Positions 1 to 12,624 of a DNA stretch of 64,000 nt are shown piece by piece; positions within the stretch are counted from its first letter, which is position 1, and each line of letters starts with the position of its first letter. The notes under the pieces are model-generated. The model was given only the letters and a program-made list of their open reading frames with translations. It did not search any database and had not been told where the DNA came from. Source of the stretch: the human T2T-CHM13v2.0 reference genome, Homo sapiens; NCBI RefSeq assembly GCF_009914755.1, contig NC_060925.1; one strand, written 5' to 3'. The translations under genes were made by a program, and so were the position numbers.

Positions 1-1062
1 TAGAACACTTCCCCGGTATCACTACAAAGAACTTTCTTCCAGCTATCATGGGAGAACCAGGTGTAGCTCCCGCTTCATGTGTAAAATAATGATGCCCTCA
101 TGCCAAGCCTGAAATTCACATTAAGAAAATGCCCAGTAACTTTACAGAGCAAAATTTTAAATTTTTTTTTATACATTGCACCCTTTATCTCTAATGGCTA
201 AAATCTTTGAACAACTACTAAGTAACTGATTACAAATAAATTACCGAGAAAGCAAGATTACGCATGGTAAGCGGAGAGAATTTTCACTGTAGTGTCATCC
301 CCTCACAGGCTTGTGTCATAGGTGCTGTGCCAGGCAGGGTGATCGCAGTGTAAATAGCCATTGAATGATTGCGATTCCCAGCATCCATCTAAAAAGCAAT
401 ACTCTGATAATTTGGATAAAGCAACTTCCTGCTTCTTATAAATGCGCAGTCAGGTGTCCCAATTTATAAATCAACCCAGTTTACTTGAGCTTGTGAATAG
501 GCCTGGACACTGATTTGTTAAGCGCTAGATGTGGTAAATGCCATGAAAATTGGCCACTTTGTAAATAGAAGTAGTGTTCACATCCATTTAGAGATACCAG
601 CCTAATGCTACAGCATCCTCTTTGTGATCTTGTTGAAACAGCATCAGTGTTAAAAACTTGCAAATGAAAACCTTCAGCTCTAATAGTCTAATTTTTCTGC
701 TTTAGTATCCCCCTTGGCATTTGCCTAACTGTATATATACCCCACAATGTGCTCCTTTCAGGCCTTGACAATTGCATTTGCACGTGCATTTTAGTGCAAC
801 AGGGAAGCAAGTAGAAGCAAGCTGACACAGATTATTGAGGCTGCTATAGTGATCTGGCCTGTCAGAAGTTTCAGAAATGGATGGATGGAAAAGTAGTTCT
901 TTGGCGTTGGGGTGTCTTTCTGTTTGGAGTGTCAGTTGTATGTTGCATGGCCCCTCTAACTGTACTGCTCACTCGACATCCCATTCGGCCGCCTCCACCA
1001 CATTCCCCATATCTGAGCATCAGCAGATGTTGACCTTTTACACATCAAATCAGGAAATTTCT

Positions 1063-1088
1063 GTTTTGTTTTGTTTTGTTTTGTTTTG
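1063..1088 (+). repeat. (GTTTT)5 microsatellite
   Basis: Direct reading gttttgttttgttttgttttgttttg. Confidence 0.95.
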
Positions 1089-1741
1089 AAATCAGTGGTG
1101 ACCTGAAAGGATGCTTCGTTGTGCCTTTGAAAAAAATATATTAACCTTTATTATCGAGAACCTAGGAAAATTTACTCCTAATAAAAACCCTCTGACTAAA
1201 AGTGATATTTTGGACTCTCCCTTCAATATGCCTCTGGCTGTTCCGCTTAGAATGCAATGGGTATTTTCTCAGATTTCCAGCAAACAGGATGTAAGAGCTT
1301 CCAGAGGTCACCCAACATCACACATGACTAGCTTACCTGTTTCCTGGCTTTTAAGGTAAAGAGTTACAGTAAAACCATCAAACGTGATTGTATCTTCTAG
1401 GCTGCTTTAATGGCATTCGAAAGTTCCTTCTTTGTGGGCTTATAAGTTGCTTTTTGCGTGCACTCGTGGATTCCTTTCCCCTCCAAAGGGCAAGAATTCA
1501 CACGTAGACGACACTGCCGGTTCCAGAGGGCACGGGAATGGGGTTTTCAAGGTGCAAGCCAGAGAAAAGGAAGCTGTTTGGATATTTAGCTAAGTTATGG
1601 GTGTTTGCCAGTGCTTTTTGCATTACCCCAAAGAAGGAATCAATGACTATAATTCCACTAACTATATAGAAAGATACCATTATAGCAGATGTAACACCCC
1701 TGAGACCCCGATTATCACAGCATAGCTCAAGGAAAATAAAT

Positions 1742-1780
1742 GATGTATATTATCGATGTAGATTATTGATGTATATAACC
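1742..1780 (+). repeat. Three imperfect 13-bp tandem units gatgtaKatWaYY
   Basis: gatgtatattatc / gatgtagattatt / gatgtatataacc. Confidence 0.85.
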
Positions 1781-3919
1781 ATCAGTTTACATACATATTC
1801 TGTATACACAGTGATTAAAGGTTTTGGAGCCCTAATAAATTTCAGTATAGATCTCAAAATGCCAACGCCTGTATTAAGGTTCAAATGCATGGATAGGGTG
1901 GTCATCCTTTCCGATCATCTGCTAAAAATGTTTTTGAAACAAATTTCCCATTAAGGTCATTCGTACCTGCTGTTGTCTATCTATTAACAAATAGGTTTCC
2001 CATAATCCTAAGGATACTTGACTTAGAACTCAGTCATTCTGATCTGCTTTGGCCATGGCTGAAAAAATGCTGGTGATATTGTCAGCAATTAATGAATCCC
2101 AAAATAAATCTGTAGCCTTTGAGCCTTATGATCTATGTTTTCACTTTACCTGATGTGGTAGGAATTCCTTCAGATTGCATTTTTTAATAAAGTGTATTAT
2201 GCACTTATAAGTAAAATTCGTGATTTTATCCAAGTGAATATTTGTTGCTGCCGATAATCCAAAGTAATAGTTGTCTTGGTGTGGGTGTTTTTGTTCAAGT
2301 GATAAACTGATCATTACCTTCTAATATATATCATATGATCTTTGGTCCTGAAAAGCAAATGATTACACAAATTATGTTAAACATTATATTATAAAAAGCA
2401 TAATTAGACCAGCAAGAATTGGCCTAATGTGCAAATACATTTGTGTGGGTGATCATCACTTCTTACAAAACTGAATGACAGATGAGTCAGAGGTTAAAGT
2501 TAAGCTATCCACAAAACAAAGATCACATCAAGGAAGACCATTTCGAACTCTTGGAGTTTTGAAATAAATAGAATTTTTTAAATAACACAAACAAAAGAAG
2601 AGAGATGTACACATTTTGTGAACCTGACTCTAGAGTATTTCCTTAAATTACTTTCAAATGACTGGCATGATGTTATATGAAGCATAGAATACTGAGGAAG
2701 GTGTTTGGCTATTCCTCTCCTGTCCCCCACCCCTAACTTACTCAATTTAAAACAACAGTTCACTTAAGGGAAATAGCTAATTGTCCTGTTTTATCTTATA
2801 GTAAGCAGTGTCTTCATCACAGAGTTAAAAATTCATCTCTAATTTGATGTAATTGGCAAGACCATTAAACAAGGGAAGTGCTACCTGCAGGGATCTGTCA
2901 GCCTGTTGAGGAAGCCCAGAGATGTTTTCATACTTGAAAACATTTTATGCCAGTTGGAGACCTGGTAAAAGTTGTTTTCCATACAGCATCCAAATATTTT
3001 TGTGCAGTCTTGATTTATTGTAGAAACCTGGATAGTCAAGAAAATAACAAGGTTAATCATTTTCCCACCCAAGGGTTATTAATAATCGCATTCATGTTAT
3101 ACAGAGAGCTGCAGTGTTTGTTTGGGTTTTTTTTTCCCCTTTGCTTTAATACTTCTAAATCCCCCAAATAAAAGTTTCATTTGAATTGCCCTTTAACTAA
3201 TTAGGTTTTATGTAATGAGGAAAAAATTATCAGGCTAGTGTAGCGATAGGCAAATTGCATGGTGTGCTACATTAATTTTGAACTGTTTGCTGATGTTCTA
3301 GAAGGAAAGCTAAGGTCCCAGGTGAAATGCCTTTGGGACTATCATGTACCCAGTATCCTCATCACAGAACCATTTCATATTTGTGTAAATGGCATTTCAC
3401 ATTCATGAAATCTTGTGGTTATCCTAAAATTGAATGAACATTAGGATATAGCTGCCTCTTTAATCCTGAAGAACAAATCGAATATTCCAATGGAGGAGCT
3501 GAAATAATCTCCTACTTAAATGTCTTTTTAAAATCCAATAAGTTTGCCAATCTTTATTGACAACAATTGCCCACCTTGAGCAAATTAACTTTATCATGTA
3601 TTAGCATTTTCCCAGGTGACTTTACAATGTCAAGCCACTTTTTTTTTTTTAAGTGTGAGCTGATATCTCTGCCTTTGCCAGTTATCTCTGTGGGGTCAGG
3701 AAATTCGTAGCTTAAGCAAAAACTTGCCAAGATCTCCAAAAGGTTTCATTTGATGAGACTTTAGACATGTTAACTATGAATTCCTGTACTGTGCCAGTTA
3801 CTTCAAGGATGTGGCTATCAATTGAAGTCTTCTTGGACTATCAATGGAGAGCTGTCCAACTAACCATGCCACTGCCTAGGAAAAGTTATTGTAGGGAGGT
3901 ATTCCCACATGTCTACAGA

Positions 3920-4033
3920 ATTCTATTTTACAAATGGTGAATCTGAGGTTTAGAGTGGCCACATAACTTGCCCAATGCAGTACAACCAGGAATGCCTATC
4001 TGGCTGCAAAGGCTACACTCATAACATTATACC
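3920..4033 (-). mobile_element. MIR SINE fragment
   Basis: attttacaaatggtgaatctgagg...ataacttgccc resembles the reverse MIR core. Confidence 0.6.
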
Positions 4034-4654
4034 AAGTGGAAGAGATTAGAAAAGAAAAATTGTAGATTAATTGCCTCCTACCCTAGATTTTTTCCAATCC
4101 ATTACACTGTGCCTTAGAAGATCTGTTGATCCCTAATTGACCCATTTCTATGCAGGGAACTGTAGAGTCCTGGAGAAAAATCAGAGTTCATTTTCGGATT
4201 CCTTATTGTGTTGTCACCCGGAGAACTTACAAGCATGGTGTCTGAGGACAGGGATGGAGGACTGTGACCTCCCCCTTTCAAAATATACTATTCCTCTACC
4301 ACCAAACATCTTCAATATATTGAGGAAGAGGGAAAATGTATAGATGTCAGGTATTTTATAGAACATGGAACAGTTTGTGAAATTAGCTATGCAAATTGTG
4401 AAGCATGCTTATGCCTACTCTGCGACAGTAAACCAAAAATTTTTCTTCATCAGGATAGTTGCTTATAACAAAATAAAATTCGATATGCCATCTCAAGGAG
4501 AACTCTGCCAGTATCACACTAAACTCTGTTTTCCCCATCTGTTTAATGATGGTGTGTTTCTGATAGTAGGTAGTTGCTGCGAAGATGGTAAGATTACCTC
4601 CAAGGCTCTGGGGATTTCTCCTGTAGAACTTTGGAGTTTCCTGTGGATTTCTTT

Positions 4655-4915
4655 TCTTTTCTTTTCTGTTTTTTGTTTTGTTTTGTTCATTTTTTTTTCA
4701 TTTTTTTTTTCTGAGATGGAGTCTCACTCTGTCACCCAGGCTGGAGTGCAGTGACGCAGTCTCAGCTTACTGCAAGCTCCACCTCCTGGGTTCACGCCAT
4801 TCTCCCACCTCAGCCTCCTGAATAGCTGGGACTACAGGCTCCTGCCACCACACACGGCTAATTTTGTTTTTGGATTTTTAGTAGAGACGGGGTCTCACCC
4901 TATTAGCCAGGATGG
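4655..4915 (-). mobile_element. 5'-truncated AluY with 16-bp TSD
   Basis: AluY diagnostics tgcaagctcc, ttcacgccattctc, ttagccaggatggt; TSD tcctgtggatttcttt at 4639-4654 and 4916-4931. Confidence 0.93.
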
Positions 4916-6247
4916 TCCTGTGGATTTCTTTCTGGGCATCAATAATGCTATTTCCATCCCAAGTGCGGTGTGTGCTTAAAAAATTTTTTTCAATTAAAAA
5001 AAATGCTATTTCCAGATTTCCTGAGGAATGACAGCAGTGACTGTATAAACCCAAAGGGACCTTGTAATTTTATCTCCACCAGATAGTTTCCTCATATGCC
5101 AGGGAAGAAGAATGTTTAAGTAAGGTTCACTAACATCCTCACAGCAGTGGCACATCATATCATCGTGGTACCCTGTTTCTCACAGGTTGCCATATTTTAG
5201 AACCAAAAATTATGTAAGCATTAGTGTTGTTAGGAAACTTAATAAAAAAGCAACTCATCCACCTCATCATTTTCCGACCAGGCAGCCAAGTCTTAAATGA
5301 ATTCCCTAAAGCATCTAAATAATGACAGAGCCAGAATTCCAGCTCAATGTCCAATTTCCAAACCAGGACTTTTTTCATTCTACCATGACATTAGAATTGA
5401 CCTTCTCATTTATATAAATTAAACTAAAATATGAGATATTACATGGTAAACAATAATAGAAAAAAAATCAGAAAACTTTTTCCTTGATGGGAAAGTTACA
5501 TTTTACAATGTTCTTAAAGGCCATCCACAAAATGACTTGAAAGCTGCTCAGTAAATGCCATGTGTGATAGAAGACAACTTAATATTCTAAAGCAACTCTA
5601 CCTCTAAAGCTTTCTTGATGTTAATAAACTGTCTTTAGTTTTCTGTTTCAAGCTTGCTTTGCAGCTTGACTCACTGGGACGTCAGCACTAGACAGTCAGG
5701 TTTAGCAATTCTATCATAGTTTTCTTCAACTTACAATGCAGTGAGCTTCCCTTGGGTGCAGAAGAGCAAAATTTTTCCTTCCAGAGTCCAATTTTTATAA
5801 CCAAAATCTCCATTTTTCTCATTCATGAAAATTGATTTCAAGTGCGACCACTAAATTGTCATGTAACAGTTTGGGGGTGGGTTCTTAAAAAAATTGGAGA
5901 AACTACCTATTTGATTCATATTCTAAGCTGATGTGGTTCTAAACCAAAAGAAATTTAGGAATTACCATTTTCAGATTAAAGGTTAGAAATCAAATATTGT
6001 CCACAGTATTACAAAATAATTTGTATTGCTTTCTGAATAATAGTAATTGATAGAGGCCCTAGAATTGGATTATTCTCTAAATTAAGCTATATCTTAAGAG
6101 ATCTTTTTAACTTATCAGATCACTTGGGTTAAGAACAATTAATACTGAAAAAAATAGGGGAAGACATTATTTTCCTACTTCGAGTCAGTAACTGTTTATA
6201 GTACAGCAATCTGATTTTTATTTACAACAGCAACCGCAAATAGAATG

Positions 6248-6450
6248 AGCTAACATTTACTGAATGCTCACTATGATGCCAAGCAAATATTAACTCATTC
6301 TGTCTTGACAACAATGAGTAGCAGACAGTGTCATTATCTATTCCATTTTGCAGATGAGAAAAGCTAGGCACAAAGCAGTTAAGGAATTGTTCAAGTGGTG
6401 GAACCGGACTTTTAACCCAGCCTGAGCTCTATTTACATGCACCATATCTT
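6248..6450 (-). mobile_element. MIR SINE
   Basis: ctaacatttactgaatgctcactatg...ccattttgcagatgagaaaagctaggcacaaagcagttaag. Confidence 0.75.
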
Positions 6451-6974
6451 AAATAAATTTATCCTAAATAGATTATTTTCTAGGCTTCCCACAGATACAA
6501 TCTGAAAATTCAGACTAATAATAGCAACTGAAAGGCATTTCAGATATTTTATTTTTTAAAGGAGGCAGTTGTGGAATAAATGATTTTGGTCTCCATACTA
6601 CATATGTAGACATAGTCTTTGGAGCCTGATCAGGGAGATCCTCAAGACAAATTCAGTCAATTTTAACAAAGGTATGGAACCAGCATCCTTAAGAAGAAGT
6701 GATTTCCATAAAAAGCTATTCTTGAATGATTTGCCATTTACAAGCATATCGTGATCCTTCCCCTCACCCTTATAATAATTTCTCAATTCAGTTTGGGTTT
6801 CACCAACAGTCAAAAGGTCCATAGTCAAGGCATGTAGGGATAATTTCCTCATCACACAAGGAATTCTTAATCCACTAGATTCTCCAAATGGCATATGCCT
6901 CATATATACAGGCATCACCCTTCCATGAACTTTACTATGATGCTGCTAGGCCATGAGAAAACCACTGGAGTGAT

Positions 6975-7135
6975 GAAATTGTCAGCTGAGAGAAACCTTA
7001 GAAATCTCTTATCTGGCATTCCTGTTTTACAGATAAGGAAAGTAAAATCCGGAGAAATTAACAGCCGGATAGCTCCTCAGTGGCGGAACGGGGATCAGAC
7101 GTGTCATCTTCTGAATCCCAGTGCCCTTTGCCTTG
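6975..7135 (-). mobile_element. MIR-family SINE fragment
   Basis: cctgttttacagataaggaaagtaaaatccggaga core. Confidence 0.6.
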
Positions 7136-8596
7136 TAACAAAACACCACTCTGAGACATTCATATTGACCCAAAGATTTTCCCTAGTTGATTTGTGAAAA
7201 AAAAATGAAATTAATACATTCCACAACAGTTCATACAAAGAAGCAATACAAATATTGTTGATGTATGATAATTCATTTCCATTGCTGAGAATTTTTCTCA
7301 CTAAGAATTCTCAGAAGCTTCATGTTCTACAAAAACTTTCATTGGAATTGGATGTGATAAGATAGAATTGCTCTCAGACATACTATTAAAGTAGCCTCTA
7401 ATATGCTTAATTTACTTCTGGGAATTAAATGTTAGTAATATTTGTTGAGCATTTACTACATGCTAAGGTATTAGAATAAAAAGTAAAATTACTCAGAGAG
7501 TAATTGGCTAATTTTAAGTTGTTTTCTTACTTGGCCTTGCAATTATAAAACAAAATACATTTAAAAAATTAAGATGAGATATTAACTTAAAAAGTCTCGT
7601 GATGGCCAAATGTTAAAATGTATATGTGCAGTCGGTAACACACTATAGGAGTTTAGAGGCCACAAATTTCAATATCCATTTTTACAGGATAACATTTTTC
7701 CTCCCAAGGAAGGCAGAGCACATAAAATTTTGTCCCACTGGAGATATGTATGGATTTGATCCGGATTTTCATATGATGGCTGCTGGTGGTTCTGAGTTTT
7801 AGTAGTTTAACGAAGTTAGGCATTCTACATAATGAAAATTATTTGAAAAAAAAAAGTCGAATTACATTCCTAGGCAAATACAAAGGCTTCCCCCACCCAA
7901 GAAAATATGTTAGATACACAATACAGAAGACAATTATATTCTCAGTAGGAACAGATTGTAAGTGAGGTGTCTATCTTGATAAGTCCATACAGTTCAAGAA
8001 GTCTCAGCAATTTGAAAGCAGAATGGCCTACATTAATTTTTTAAATACATATAAGAAGATCCATAAACTGGAACCTCAGCACCCTGTGGGAAAAAAATCA
8101 TAAAACACTAAGAAAGGAGTTACACTAAAATACAGGCACAGACAAATATTTAAAATATTAGTATATGAAATAAAGTTTAATTTATAGGGTTATTTTTCAG
8201 AACTCATTTCTAAAATTGATTTAATATAAAATTATTATCTTTACTTAAATTTCTTGGCAAAGCTCAATAACAAAATAATAAATCATACCAGTACTTGCAT
8301 TTCATCAAGACAAACAAGTCACTACTTAACATTAAGCTTGCAAACATCACCTCCACTTAAGACCTATATTTGTTTCTGCACAGAAAAAGATGGAGAAAGC
8401 TAGTTAACCGAACTAAGATTGTCTTAATCTGATACTAATAATACAAATACATTTTTATGTAAAACCACACCAATACTTTGAAAGCTTTATTAAATAAAAC
8501 AATTTCTGGGAATACAGACAATATTAATTTCCTCAAAACACAAATTTATAGTTTTTCAAAGCTGATCATCACAGATCAAGTAGGCTTGTCCTATTA

Positions 8597-8624
8597 ATTC
8601 AATATCTACCATTCAATATCTACC
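8597..8624 (+). repeat. Perfect 14-bp tandem duplication attcaatatctacc x2
   Basis: Direct reading. Confidence 0.9.
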
Positions 8625-10111
8625 CATCATCAAAATGCTCAAGTGAAAAGCAACATTCAGTCAATTGACTTACATATTTTGCCTACATGTTACCAAATAT
8701 GTATTTATTTAATAACACCTGAGTACAGATGTGGAAAATTATTACATTCTTTCTTCATTCATAAATTTTCATAGATATCATCAAGATTGCCTTTGCCTTT
8801 GTGGATATATGTATGAGAACACAGCGAAAGAGAGCAACATTTCTGTTGGCTCTATCAGGTCAGCTTTTCTAACAAATATTTAAAAAAGCAAAGTTATAGT
8901 GCAAGTCTCTTGTCTTGGAAGAATGCGCTATAATCTAATTATGGAGGAAACAACATGATAATACCTGTTTACAGTAGCATAGCCACTTGGTATCTATTTC
9001 TCAATTATCAGATATTTACTGAAGCCCTCTGCAAGGCTTTGCCCTTCTTCAAAGAGATCCAATCCAATTACAGAGATGAGAAATCGACCTATACAATTTT
9101 AACTGGCAATATTAAAACTCATGCCTGTCCACATATCGGTGAGAAAACAGGAACACTGGAAGTAACAGGTTACAGAAATTTAGAGCCAAGAGCCATCCTT
9201 ATGGACCTGGGTGGTACCAAAGGACAACACAAGAGATGTGGTTTTGAGACTGGACTCAATAGATGGTAGGATTTTCATCATAAAATAGCTGCTTTAATAG
9301 TCATGCCCATGCACCTTCACAAAAATAGTTTAAAAACATTAAATCCTAGCCTGGCTCTTCTGCCTTCCATAACTGGAAGACACAAATAATACCAAGATAT
9401 AAATAATACCAATTCTTAAATTAATTAATGCTTTTATTTATTTCTGCATTGAAACCAATAACTCTAGGAACATATTTTGAGGTAAAGGCATCATGAAAAC
9501 ACATACACACCCATACAAACAAACCTTAAATACAACTGGAAGCATCTTGGACTTTTCTCCATAAGCCAAAACCACCAGTTTTCCCTCTTTCCTTTTCTGA
9601 GAAACTACACATATAAAAATAGGAAATATATCCACTCCTTTTCAGAGATAATGGCTCACACTTAAAACATACCCCGAAGAATCTATCATGAAAGACGAAT
9701 GCAACCAGTTCATATCTGTAAATATAAATTGAGGAGAATGGAATCCTCAGGTGAGAAATTATTTCTTTAGTGTTATCTTCTAGTTTCAGGCACCAGCTTT
9801 ACATAATGGTTTGGATTGCTGAAGTCCTTATTTGTATTTTTGTGTGTGTGTAAGAACACTCTACCTTATTTTAAAAGTAAATGTGTAGCTTTGGTAGGGA
9901 AGTAGCTATATATTTAATGTCCATTCAATGTTTTGGGAATCATCAATTGCTTGCTCTTGTTTGATGTGGGAGTCATGTTTTGTTTAAGTGCATCACAGCC
10001 AAGTTAAAGAGCAGATGTGTGGTTTGTGTCTTTATCCATATAATTTTCTGTTTAGACCAAATGACATTATAGCTGAAAATAACATACCCTGATTTTTCCT
10101 GATGCGTGCAG

Positions 10112-10177
10112 ATCCTCCAAAGTTTAATAGGATATGGCCGAATATTTCTTCCCTTGAGGTTTCTAACCCAAAACAAG
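10112..10177 (+). CDS. NTNG1: Netrin-G1 alternative exon (Ukd part 1, 'exon 6'): (N)PPKFNRIWPNISSLEVSNPKQ
   Basis: Acceptor tttttcctgatgcgtgcAG at 10110-10111, donor G|GTAGGA at 10178; 66 nt, phase 1-1, no stop; peptide matches the Netrin-G1d/e insert as I recall it. Not in the supplied ORF track in this frame. Confidence 0.93.
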
Positions 10178-10659
10178 GTAGGAGCATGTAAAATTCCTAC
10201 GGACATAAAATCCCACATGTTTGGGGGAAAATCCTATATGCCATTTTTAGCACAAAATAAGAGCATTATCATGAATGCTATGTCTTTGAAAGAATCATAA
10301 TTCAATCTTTTTTTCTAATATGAAGAGTGTCCCAAAAATATTAGAGTGAAAGATGAAGGGGAAAATTAGATGGCATGGAAGTTAAAAAGCCCTTTACCAG
10401 ATTACATTGAAGGTCAGTCAGTCCCAGGAGAAGCCTAGACTTCTGTTACCACCACAGTGTGGAGGACAAACAAGACTTAAAAATGTGTGAGTGGCACAGG
10501 CATCCTTTCAATGTCTTCCTCTTATTTTTAAGTCAACCAACTGGTACCTCAGTTGTACTGAGGGTCTGGGTAAATACATAGAGGTAGTATTGTGACACCT
10601 AACAGATCTGTTTTCGCTGACTATTGCTCCATATTGACTTGCAAAAATTTGGAGCAATC

Positions 10660-10800
10660 TGTCTCTTTCCCTTCCTCCTTTTTCCTCTCTTCCTCCCTCC
10701 CTTTAGCCTCTCTCACACACCCTTTCTCACTCCCTGTCTCCTCTCTCCCTCTCCCCGCTACCTCCTCCCTCCTCTCTCTCTCTCTCTCTCTCTGTCTTTC
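10660..10800 (+). repeat. CT-rich polypyrimidine tract including a (CT)n run
   Basis: About 140 nt almost all C/T; pure (CT)n about 10772-10793. Confidence 0.92.
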
Positions 10801-10939
10801 ACATCACAGTAAATTTTCCTTGTTGGAACTTTTCCTTTTATCTTCTTTATCAATTAACATTCATGTGTTCCAGCATTTAGAGCAATCTGTTCTCTTTCTG
10901 TCCTTAGAGCAGTAATTATTTTCTGACTCCTAATGTCAA

Positions 10940-10975
10940 AGAAGAAAAAGAAAAAAGAAAAAAGAAAAAAGAAAA
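10940..10975 (+). repeat. (GAAAAAA)n A-rich repeat
   Basis: gaagaaaaagaaaaaagaaaaaagaaaaaagaaaa. Confidence 0.9.
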
Positions 10976-12624
10976 CAACACTGATAGACAGAAATGTGAT
11001 TACGCAGGAAGAAAGAGAACTTTTAAAGGCTGAGCAATAAACTTCATAAGCTGCAGTGTAATGTTAAATTTATATTAACATCTAGCCTATAGATATATAT
11101 AGTCATGTATAAATAGGAATTTATTTTAATATAGTATTGTATTATTTGGCCTTCTTCCTTCTTCAAAAAAAAAAAAAAGGCACATCTTTGGCTTCCACCT
11201 TCCTTAGCTATATACAGGATGTTCCTTTTAAACTCTAATGAATACAGATGGAAAAGGAAATGAGCAAAAGGAGGAACCAGGAAATAGCTGCTAAGCAAAA
11301 CAAAATATATTAGTAATTTGTTGAGGAGTCAAATTGGAAGGGCTGCATTTTCAGTCCTTGATCAGAGTGATGAAATCTAGACTGTCCTAGATACATATAT
11401 TACTAGCAAATAGAATTATCTTAATCATCTGCTCCAAATGAATTTTTTCAAGTTTCTGCATACATATATGAAAGAAGAAATACAGATCAAGCTTGCCCCT
11501 ATTAGTATAATTCTAGGAGGATTCAGAAGAGGTTTAGTGGCTTTATTCCTTGGCAAGTTCAATGACAGCATCTTCAGTGAAATGTCACTCAGTATTTCCT
11601 ATTGAATTTCATAGTTCACAAATTATACAACACAGGCTCTAAGACAACACTTCTCCACAGTGAGTTTTGAGCTGAACAAGATTATGCATTGTTCAAAACC
11701 TGAAATAGGCCCATTTAATTATTTTGCTGTGCTGTCTGTGAGAGTCACAGGACAAAACACTTTCAGAAATATCATTATGTAATACCAGTTGCACTTTCTT
11801 AGAATGTGGATAATGAGTTCAAATGAATCTATTGAGAAGCAGCACAGTTGAGCAAAGTTCTTAAATTCTGAAATTTTAGCGAAAGGTGCACTTTGTAGCA
11901 GAGGCCAGTTCTATGCAGCCATAATTTATCTTGTCAGCATCTGCAAAGAACATCAGGCTCTGTTCTGTTTTGGCTATTTTCACAAGCAACTCTTCATGAA
12001 TAATTGGAAAAGAAATGGCAGGCAAACATAGAGAGAAATCTCTGCCATTAACAAGCTGATATCATCAAAAAGGTAACAAATGCTGAGAAGACTACAACTT
12101 TTAAAGGTATATGTGTTCAAGATGACTCTGAGATAGGCCCAAATGCTGCTGAATGGCTGACTATTGGGACTGACTTATGTTCTAGGATGCCTAATTAGTT
12201 CAACAAAAATAGTCTAAATGGTGTATATGTCGAATAGTTTATCATGACACAGAATGTCATGGTGAACCCAGGCAATGATAATGTCAACTGACAAGACAAC
12301 TCCTACTTTAAAAGATTGACAGTAGGGGATCCTACTATCCATATTGTTATGGTAACAATCCTTGCTTCACTGGATTCTTGATTTAAATGGTAATGATTTT
12401 TCCCTCTGAAAAGAAAACTTCTAAATTGTATTACTGACAATGTTGAACCATTTTCAGCCAAATACAAGCCTTACTTTGTGATTGAAACAAACTCCTAGAA
12501 ACAACAGATACAAATAGTCTCTTAATTTAGGGCTACTTTTCAAGTGGGTTGGTGATAAGTTATTACAGTTTGAACGTTTCACTATTGTTTCTAATTTACT
12601 GTTCATTCTTTTAAACCTATCCAG

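Larger units (their letters stand above)
1..2210 (+). promoter_or_regulatory. Candidate intronic 3' UTR / polyadenylation region of a short read-through NTNG1 isoform
   Basis: No interspersed repeat recognised; four TGTAHATA elements (349, 560, 730, 1770); AATAAA at 235, 1180, 1735, 1834, 2103, 2185; GT-rich tract about 2270-2295. Confidence 0.45.

Noticed and set aside
10106-10300. 64-aa ORF over the first Ukd exon
   Set aside because: Wrong frame; the real exon is read as (N)PPKFNRIW...
10592-10915. Ser/Leu/Pro-rich ORFs
   Set aside because: Artefact of the CT-rich low-complexity tract.
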